Shown here: positions 54,924-64,000 of the stretch, in pieces
How the letters are laid out: the number at the start of each line of letters is the position of its first letter
Numbering within the stretch: position 1 is the first letter of the stretch
Source of the DNA: Octopus vulgaris
Taxonomy: Eukaryota
DNA length: 64,000 bases
Reading direction: 5' to 3'
NCBI GenBank assembly: GCA_951406725.2
Contig: OX597829.1
Coordinates: forward strand, 32,302,001 to 32,366,000
Program-made: the position numbers and the translations under genes
The notes under the pieces: generated by a model
What the model saw: the letters and a program-made list of their open reading frames with translations, nothing else
Told to the model about the DNA's origin: nothing
Database searches by the model: none

Positions 54924-55262
54924 AATGCCAGCACTGCCTGACTGGCACCCATGCCGTGGCACGTAAAAAGCACCATTCAAGCTTGGTTGATACAAATGCT
55001 GCCTGACTGGTTCCCGTACCAGCAGCCTGTAAAAAGCACCATTCAAGCATAGTTGATGCCAGTACTGCCTGACTGACCCTAGTGCCAGTGACATGTAAAA
55101 AGTGTAAACTACACTCTCGGAGTGGTTGGTGTTAGAAAGGGCATCCAGCTGTAGAAACTCTGCTAGATCAGATTGGAGTTTGGTACAGCCTGCTGGCTTT
55201 CCAGTCCTCAGTCAAACTGTCCAACCTATGCCAGCATGGAAAGCGGATGTTAAATGATGATA
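54924..55262 (+). mobile_element. 3' UTR of the same RTE family in the opposite orientation, with tandem subrepeats of about 57 bp
   Basis: gccagcactgcctgactgg...taaaagcaccattcaagc occurs 2-3 times, then gaaagggcatccagctgtagaaac...gttaaatgatga. Confidence 0.8.
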
Positions 55263-55921
55263 TGTGTATATACCAAAGACAGAAATATTTTCTGTTGCAC
55301 AGTTGTCTCACCTGTTAAAGTATTGCTCTAAAGAACACCCAATGGCATCCATTGCATCAACCATCCTCTATCTAAAACGTTTAACTTAAAACAGTAGTAG
55401 TTTGGGAATTGAAGGTGTCAAAGGTCTCAACAGTGAATGGCAAATATAAAAAATTTAAAAAATCTCTCAGTTAATAACTCATATTTAGTCATCTTCCATC
55501 CTCTGCATTGCAACCAACAGCTCCCAGATTTGTGATCAAAATTTTCAAGATATTGACCAAACCCAGAGTTATCTGATACATATTTTACTTACACAAAAAC
55601 CACAATGTTTTGACAGTGTTTCTTTTGATAATAAATTGTCTAATTATTTTGTGCCTTTGAAGTCTTATAGAATAAGAGGTTCCTTAATTGAAAAATATAA
55701 GGATGAGTATCAGGAAGTGCATCTGGCTGTAAAACAATGCCTCAGTAATCTATACATATCAAGCTGAAGTTGTCTGTGTGTGTGGCAGGTCTGGAAGCCT
55801 TCAACTAACACTATCTCCTCCAAGACCCTGCAGTGCAAGTTGACCAAAATTGAGAGTATGATAGATAAAAAGGCTTGCTCTTCATTCAGTAGAAGAAAAA
55901 ATTCAAATCGGAGCATGTTAA

Positions 55922-56188
55922 GACCAAAAATTATTTACATCAAAAAGGTGCTTTTTTTCTATGAAAATCCCTATTTTTTAACGATTTTTTTACTGCTGTC
56001 TTGCCATTTTTTGGTGTATTTCAACCTCAAAAATGTTCACTTAAAGAGAATAACAAGCTACATGATGCAAAATTTTTACTTTTCAAAAAAAGATTGAAAA
56101 TATGTCAAAGCTTTAACACGACGTCAAAGTCTGCTGTTTTAAGTGCAACTAGAAAACAAACCCGAGCAACACCAGGCTATTCTGCTAG
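55922..56188 (+). mobile_element. Non-autonomous Helitron 3' end
   Basis: Ends with a degenerate GC hairpin cccgagcaacaccagg followed by ctattctgCTAG|T, the canonical hairpin-CTAG-T terminus. Confidence 0.6.
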
Positions 56189-57516
56189 TATATTTATCTA
56201 GCCTATGCTAGCATGGAACACTGAATGTAAACAAACAAATTATCATTATATGAAATGAATGGATCTAGGGCAATTGAGCCTACCTACATCATAAACTTAC
56301 TAGAAACTTCACATTCTATTTGTCTATCAAAAAGATTAATGTAAAACAATATATATATTCTTTTCACTTATGAAAGTGGACTCTTGAGGGATGAAAGACT
56401 AAGAGTACAAGAGATAGATTCGAACTTGGGGTCAAGACAATGAGTGTAAATACCGTGTATCTCCCTCTTTTACTCTTATGTATGTACTTGTTGGTAGTTA
56501 TGTTCTATATTTCTCAAGATATTTACAGAACCTGTACAGTGTGTCTGCCTCACTTCCATTGTTTCAATGTATGAAAAGCTAATTTGACTCTAGTGGTGGG
56601 GGTTGTAGTTGTTTAACACCAGGTCAGCCTTGATTGAATAGATCTTTGGTCAAAGGAATATCAGCTGTGATCATCCTGTCTTACTGCGTATGAGCAACTT
56701 CATTGGTCAGCGTGTCCTATTATATCAAGCATTAAGGTCTTATTTGAAGTATACTTGGTTGTTATTTCTATTCTAGCAGATCAAGCGATTATGAAGAGGT
56801 TCTTTCTTTCATCTGAAGTTCAATCTAGTGTTACAAAAACAGTGAAAGAAGGATAACTAAACACTGCAGAGTATTTATTCCAGTTTGGTGTTCAGCTTCT
56901 GGTAATGCTTCAGTAACAACAATAACAAAATTGAAACAAATAAGAGAGGAGATGAAAATTTCATTTAGTCAAATTACATTAAAATTAAACTTGCAAAAAT
57001 AACCTGACAAAAATAAAAGAGAAGTGATTTTATGGACAAAAGTTATGTAATGAAGTTCATATAATGGAACAGATTTGTATACATTCAGGACATAAGAAAT
57101 ATCTGACATTTTGTCAAGCAAAAGAAAAAATTTTCAAACTGGAAAATCCAGTTGGAATTTTTTTCTTCCTTTCAAAGTGTCAAATCTCAAAACGTCAGCT
57201 TGCTTTTCTTCTTACAGCATACAATTTTATCTCAACTTGTGAACTACATTATATTTAGATTAAGTTTTGTAACATCTTTGTAACACAGAAATTAGGTCAC
57301 TGCGATCTTGTTTCTTTTGTTAATTATGAAAACAAATCATTGAGGTTAATTAGGTGAGAAACTATCAATTTATTCCTTTGACCTGTGTTTTAAAATTTTT
57401 TGTTGTTGTTACTTTTATTTATCCAGATTTATCTTAATAATTGCCAAGTTAAAATGCAGATGCTAAGCAGTTGTTGGTAACAGGTAATCCATGGGAAAGA
57501 GTAATATTATATATCT

Positions 57517-57905
57517 TTACTCTTTTACTTGTTTCAGTCATTTGACTGCAGCCATGCTGGAGCACTGCCTTTAGTTGAGCAAATCGATCCCAGGACTTAT
57601 TCTTTGGAAGCCTAGTACTTATTCTATCAGTCTCTTTTGCCGAACTGCTAAATTACGGGGACGTAAACACACCAGCATTGGTTGTCAAGCGATGTTGGGG
57701 GGGACAAACGCAGACACACAGACATGCACACATACACACACACACATATATGACGGGCTTCTTTTAGTTTCCATCTACCAAATCCACTCACAAGGCTTTG
57801 GACGGCCCAAGGCTATAGTAGAAGACACTTACCCAAAGCGCTATGCAGTGGGACTGAACCCAGAACCATGTGGTTGGTAAGCAAGCTACTTACCACATAG
57901 CCACT
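57517..57905 (-). mobile_element. Near full-length tRNA-headed CORE-like SINE; a further minus copy at 58630-59015
   Basis: Reverse complement begins gtggctatgtggtaagtagcttgcttaccaaccacatggttctgggttcagtcccactgc, with A- and B-box-like motifs. Confidence 0.85.
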
Positions 57906-58034
57906 CTTGTTTTATTATATTAATGTATATTTATTTAAGGTTCTCTTGCATATGACCATTCTTAGGAATTAAAAAAGAAAAACATGAGGAATAAAATAAA
58001 AAGTCTGAGTTGTGAATAACACCAGTGGAATAAT

Positions 58035-58400
58035 ATAATATAATGTTCGTCCTTCGGGTTCGAAGATGACCATTGACATCATTTGGTGGAATTGCTGCTA
58101 TGAGATCGAAGGTGGCTGGTGAGGCCAATCCGGGCAAGAAAGCCCCTCCCACAGGTGGGGCAGAAGTGGGTAGGGGCTGTGCTATTGGTGCAGGTGGCTC
58201 TGGCTTTCCGTATCTGGCGTTTCTGTTCTGCTGACTGAATCCGTCTCTCCTCGGCTGTCTTTGCTCCTGTGGTGATTGCACTGCGCCAGGATGAGCGGTC
58301 AGCAGCAAGTGTCTCCCAAGTCTCTGTGCTGATGGAGAAGTCTTTGAGAGAGACTTTGAAACTGTCCTTGAAGCGCTTCTTCTGCTCTCCGACCAGTGGA
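58035..58400 (-). mobile_element. 3' end of a BovB-like RTE LINE with a C-terminal C2H2 finger
   Basis: GEQKKRFKDSFKVSLKDFSI...WETLAADRSSWRSAI...HFCPTCGRGFLARIGLTSHLRSH. The frame is intact, the sequence is GC-rich, and it has an (ATT)n-like tail. Confidence 0.85.
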
Positions 58401-59808
58401 ATATTCAGAGCTTGGAAGCTGTTTTGTTCTCCTTTGTGAAGAAGGGCCCATTTCTTACATATCATATACAAATGTAGTAAAATTTATGAACTGCTTAAAA
58501 TTTTGTTTCTATAAATTTTCTTAATATACTTAATAAGAAATGATGATGTGAGGTATTTTGTATTGCACTAATTATGGTAATTATAATGTTTCTTCAATAA
58601 TGAACTTGAGAAACTCTGTCAACTAATTTTTATCTTTTATTTATTTCAGTCATTTGACAGTAGCTATGCTGGGACACTGTCTTGAAGGGTTTTTAGATAA
58701 ACAAATCGACCCCAGGACTTATTTTTTAAAGCCTGGTACTTATTCTATTGGTCTCTTTTGCTGAACCACTAAGTTATGGGTGAAATAAAAGCACCAACAC
58801 TGGTTGTCAAATGGTGATGGTAGGGGACAAACTCAGAACAAATGCACACACACACATGGTGGGCTTCTTTCAGTTTCCGTCTACTAAATCCAGTCACATA
58901 GCTTTGGTCAGTCTGGGGCTATGATAGAAGACACTTGGCCAAGGTACCTTGCAAGTGGGACTGAACCTGAAACTATGTGGTTGGGAAACAAACTTATTCA
59001 TCATACACCATGCCTTTGTGTTTGTGTATAAGTCACACATGATATATGTATGTGTGTGTCTCATCCTATATGTATAAGGTGTGTGTCTACTAGCAGGTAG
59101 ATATATATATGTGTATGTACATATACAATAACAATCCTGGACTGAGTGCTTTTTATTAATTTTGAAATGTTTAGCTTTTTGGTTCTTCAGTCTACTGGAA
59201 TGAGCATTAGTGTATTGCTGGAAGGATATTGAACCTGACATATTTTCTTTACAAGTAGAAGTAACGCAAAAGTAAAGAAAATGAGGAAATTTTAGCATTA
59301 TTACTATTTCACTTTGGTTCTAACTGAAAAGTGCAAATTTGCTGGCACAGTAGCATTTCATAGTTCTTAATATCTTGAAAGTCTTAAAAGGATCAAACAA
59401 AAATTCTGGCTACAATTCTGCTTGTAAAAGGAAAAACAAGGCTGTAGTGTTAGTATTATTGTCTATGGGAGAAATTTTAATGAAATTTTAAAACATTATT
59501 ATAACTATAGATAAAATACTACTCAAATAAATAAGGTGGGGTGGCATTATAAGCAACAGTTCCTCTTTACCTGAATTTCTAACCTCTGTTAAAAATAATC
59601 ATTCTCATCATCTTTATCAGGTTCTAGATTCTGATATCAACATTCTTGTCTTCTTCAGTCTTTCTCAACTTAGTATAAGCTCAAAATGTATCTCTTCCTA
59701 ACCAGTTTTGCTATACAACTCTTTCTGTTACTTTGCATAACTTGGCCCATCAATCTGATACTTCTGTAGCAGTTGACAATGACCTATGCATGCCTTGCTG
59801 AAGATATC

Positions 59809-60021
59809 TTAATCCTTTTGATACTACCCCTGATTCTATGATACAAACTTCATGTTTTAGAGTGATTTAAATTATAATCTTCCATCAAAATCTCATAATC
59901 TATGTTCCAAATACTAGGTTAAAAATGGCATAAATTATTTTTACTATGTGCTTCATTATTTTCAAAATTAATTGGAACAAAAGCAATATATTTCAAAAGA
60001 ATTTTGGTAACAAAAGGTTAA
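59809..60021 (+). mobile_element. TTAA-flanked MITE, second family
   Basis: TTAA-tccttttgatac...gtaacaaaagg-TTAA. Confidence 0.7.
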
Positions 60022-61029
60022 GAAGTACCTCAGTATCTGTCCCTGAAGGTTCGGTTGCTCTACACTTTCATATCAACTTTTGTTGCTGATCAGTTTCCAG
60101 ATGCATGGTGCAGTCGTTCTTTCTTCCATGCATTCAGTATATTCATCACTCTCTCACCATAGCATTCCCATGTTCCTTTCTTCTGAAAGTAACTACATGC
60201 ACTGCTGTCATTCTATAAACAGAAGAAAACTGTTCATAGAATGACACACTGCTTTTGATTTACTGTTACTGTACTCTTAATCAGGTCACCTTAATCTTGA
60301 CTCACATCTCCTCCTTAAAGCTGCTAAGGGTCTTTGCTGTGGTGGAGGTATGAATTTTGGTTTGTTTGGATGAACCTTCAGAAGAGGAAGAGAGACAACC
60401 AAAGCATTGTGAACAGGTTTGGTAGAGTGTGTGTGTCTTTGCATTTGTGTTTGTTCACTACAACTGTTTGACAACTGGTGTTCGTTTGTTTACATCCCTA
60501 TAACTTATGTGGTTTGACGAACGGGATCAATAGAATAAGTACCAGGTTTGAAAATATAAATACTGGGGCCAATTCACTTGACTTAAAAAAAAAAAATCCT
60601 TCAAATTTGTACCCCAGCATGGCCACAGTTCAATGACTGAAGCAAAATGAAAGATAAAAGATATAACATACAGGTGGAAGCATGGCTGTGTGATTAGAGA
60701 GTCCACTTTGCAACCAAATGATATGTTGGGCAAGTGTTTTTCTGCTATAGACCTATATAAACCAAAGCCTTTAGAAACTGAAAGAAGCCTATTGTGTTTG
60801 TGTATGTATGTATATGCACACATAAGCACACTGACACACCTTTGTGTTATGTGCGCGTGCACACACACAGATGGGAATTGGTAATATGAAGAGCATCCAG
60901 TTATAGAATAATCTGTCTCAACAAATTTTGTGTGACCCATGCAAGCATAGAAATGTGTAAGCTAAATCTGATGATGGTGATGACGATATGTATTTGATAT
61001 GTGTATTTCTTACATACATACATACATAC

Positions 61030-61912
61030 ATCATCATCATCATTTAACGTCCGTTTTCCATGCTGGCGTGGGTTGGATGGTTTAACTGAGGACTGGCAAG
61101 CGAGAAGGCTGTACTAGGCTCCAATCTGATCTGGCAATGTTTCTACAGCTGGATGCCCTTCCTAATGCCAACCACTCCGAGTGTGTAGTGGGTGCTTTTT
61201 ACGTGTCACTGGCATGGGAGCCAGTCAGGCGGCACTGGCATTGGCCATGTTTGGATGGTGCTTTTTACGTTCCACTGGCACAGGGAACCAGTTAAATGCA
61301 CTGGCAACGATCCACACATAAATGGTGCTTATTGTGTGCCACTAGCATAAGAGCCAGTCAGGTGGCATTGGCATCAGCCACAACTACAATTTCCATTTGT
61401 GATTTGATTTTACTTGACTCAATAGGTCTCCTCAAGCACAGCATGTCACATGACGATTCAAAGGTACTTTTTAAATGGGCTGGTTATGTGACACTGGTGT
61501 AGGCTACAGGTGTGATCTCACTTTACCTGCCAGATTCTCTCAATCACAGCGTATCTCCAGTGGTCTCTGTCTTTCGTCATTGCTTCTGTGAGGCCCAACA
61601 TTTGAAGGTCATGCTTCACCACATCATCCCATGTCTTCCTGAGTTTCCCTCTTCTACAGGTTCCTTCCACTGTCAAGGGAGTGACACTTCTTCACACAGC
61701 CCTACTCATCTGTACGCAGCACATGACCATACCAGCACAGTTGTCTCTCTTGCACACCACATCTGATGCTTCTTATGCCCAACATTTCTCTCAGGGTGCT
61801 TACACTCTGTCATGTGCACACACTGACATTACACATTCAGCGGATCTTACTAGCTTCATTTCTTTCAAGCCTACGCATGTCTTCGGCAGTCACGGCCCAT
61901 GTTTTACTGCCA
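61030..61912 (-). mobile_element. 3' end of an RTE LINE, same family as 53608-54923
   Basis: 61560-61910 aligns with 53905-54255; it has the same 3' UTR and (CAT)n tail. Confidence 0.85.
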
Positions 61913-62353
61913 TATATATAAATATAAAAAAATGGAACAAAAATGCAATAGAGGACAATAAAACATTCAAAAAGATAGATGATATAAAGGTGGGGAGGAA
62001 AAACAATAATTACAAGAACAGGAAAAAAAAAAAAAACAGGTCATTCATGGCCTTCTTTCTTCAGTCAAGTTACCAGATGTCCTTGCAGTTTCGGGCAGTT
62101 ACACTTGAGACTGTTCAATCTGGTTGTCCCCCAAAAAGTCTAAGCTAAAAGCATAGAATTTTTGTAAGAAAGGTAGCGAATGTGTACAGCATCGAAGACA
62201 AAAAAATGGAGAATATGGTACACAATTACAGATACAAACAATATTGATGCAGCATGGCCACTGTGGTTACAGTACTTGTGTTTTGACCATGTGCTTCCAG
62301 ATTCAGTCACACTGAGAATCATTTTGGGCAAATGCCTTCTGGTGATTAAAGTA

Positions 62354-62355
<2 letters not shown>

Positions 62356-62403
<48 letters not shown>
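62356..62403. repeat. (CAT)n trinucleotide repeat, an expanded tail of an RTE-UTR element
   Basis: Visible directly; it explains the poly-M and poly-I ORFs. Confidence 0.9.
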
Positions 62404-63060
62404 TTAAAATTCATATTCCATGCTAGCATTGGCTGGACAGTTCAACAGGGTTCAATGGGTCTAGGAATTGTATCATGCTCCTGTGTCTACAACTGTATGT
62501 CCTTCCTAACACCAACTACGTTACAGTGGTGCTTTTTACATGCCACTGGCATGTATGTGAGATCACCATGCAGCTTGTAAAACTATGAACCAAGAGAGAG
62601 GCAGCTGTATGTTAGGAGTTGAGGGTTGTATATCTCTATTCACATATATATATGAATAGCAATATTGTTCTCTATTCGTATTCATCTATCATTATACTTT
62701 ATACTACTTTAAATGTGTAGCACATTGTTATTACATTGTTATTATACAGAATTCCTTATATCATAAATTAACTAGAAAATATCACATAGTTTGTTATATT
62801 GACTGATTGATCAATAGAGAGTATCTCTGGTATATCTCCCAAGGATACTTTAGCGAGATACATGCAGGAGTGTTAAAAAATATTTTTTAATTAAATCTTT
62901 CTTACCTTGTGATGAACAGATCCATTGAACCCATACCAATATGGAAAAGTGAGTATAAAAATGATGGTGATGTTATGTGCAAATATGTGTATGTCCATAC
63001 TCTATCTAATTTTCCTCAATTCATGTCTTCTTATTTCTATCTGTTCTTTTCTTTCCACAG

Positions 63061-63240
63061 TTTCAGCAATCTGTTTAACACCTCCAATAAGCCTAGCAAG
63101 AAACCACTGCCAGTCGCTACCGTACGATACAATGCTCCAACCACCCATGTCCAACCAGTCGGAGACCCCAACAAAAAGCAACGTAGCAAGTATAACTTGG
63201 GAGAAAAGGCAAAAGCCTATGAATTTTTACAAGACGAAGG
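63061..63240 (+). CDS. MAPK8IP3: JIP3/JIP4 exon, (F)FSNLFNTSNKPSKKPLPVATVRYNAPTTHVQPVGDPNKKQRSKYNLGEKAKAYEFLQDE(G), linker between RH2 and WD40
   Basis: ctttccacAG|TTTCAGC...GAAGG|GTAAGT, 180 nt, phase 2 to 2. Similar to JIP4 FSRLFSSSSNTTKKPEPPVNLKYNAPTSHV...KSKAFDFL. Confidence 0.95.
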
Positions 63241-64000
63241 GTAAGTAGACTTCCAGGATTCATGTTTGGTCTCTCTCTCTCTTCCCATAATTCATTCAGT
63301 GTTCTCAAGATGTTGATGTTTAACCTCCTCATCATCCAGCTGTGGTGAGTCATTCCTGGTGTAACCATCCCGTCATTCATTTTCCTATGTGCAGGGAACC
63401 CAGGACTAGATAATTCAATGAATCCATCTCTTTGAAAGACAACGAGGTACAGTTTGAAGGATATTTGGACTGCTATTTCTCACAGGTTGATCAGCCATTT
63501 TGAGGCTTCCTTCTTGGCTCATTCTTGTTATGAAGTTTATGTAAGGTAGCATACAGCAAGAAATATAAAATCCAGAAATTTCAAGAATCTGGTTAGTTGG
63601 ACACGAGAAATCAAAAGGCATTACCATCATCATCATCATTTTACATCCATGTTTCCTGTTGGCATGGGTTGGACAGTTTTCCAGGGTCTGATAGTTCCAA
63701 GGACTGCACTATGCTCCAGTGCCTGCTTTACCATGGTTTCCATGGCTGGGGCCCCTTCCTAATGTCAATCACTTTTACAGCTTGCACTGAGTGAGTTGTG
63801 ATTAGTAATGGAACTAAATATATGGAAATGTAATTGTGGTAGTAACTCAGCAGAGTTGTCAGAGAGCAAAACCAAATGATTTGTGGTATTCTGGGTCTCT
63901 ACACTCTGAGTTCAAATCCTGTCAAAGTCAACATTGCCTCTCATCCTTTTTTGGCTGATGAATAAAAGATCAGCCAGGTATTAGAGTAGATTCTTCTTTC

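Noticed and set aside
54924-55100. Spaced short repeats superficially like a CRISPR array
   Set aside because: They are tandem subrepeats of a LINE 3' UTR in eukaryotic DNA, with no unique spacers and no cas genes.

Overview
AT-rich, microsatellite- and transposon-dense eukaryotic DNA. The repeat families and (TA)n/(CA)n load suggest an octopod cephalopod (inference, not verified). The window lies entirely inside one plus-strand gene, a JIP3/JIP4 (MAPK8IP3/SPAG9, Drosophila syd, C. elegans unc-16) kinesin/dynein adaptor. Five canonical exons can be read with consistent splice phases (16617-16674, 18504-18560, 19827-19974, 20211-20401, 63061-63240). They encode leucine zipper II, the RH2 domain and the linker after it. 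The two most notable features are missed by the ORF track. One is an 18-nt microexon (7535-7552, xSDNFFG) with a UGC motif upstream of the acceptor. The other is a probable alternative terminal exon at 29386-29461, inside the 42.7-kb intron; it resembles the start of the 63061 exon and would give a short isoform lacking the WD40 domain, with a RILP-like architecture. The rest is decayed mobile DNA: RTE, RTE-X, CRE-like and Hero-like non-LTR fragments, mariner/Tc1, Helitron, TTAA-flanked MITEs and three SINE-like families. There are also several long inverted repeats, including a perfect 77-bp palindrome. No prokaryotic features, rRNA, true tRNA or CRISPR were found. All alignments were done by eye.
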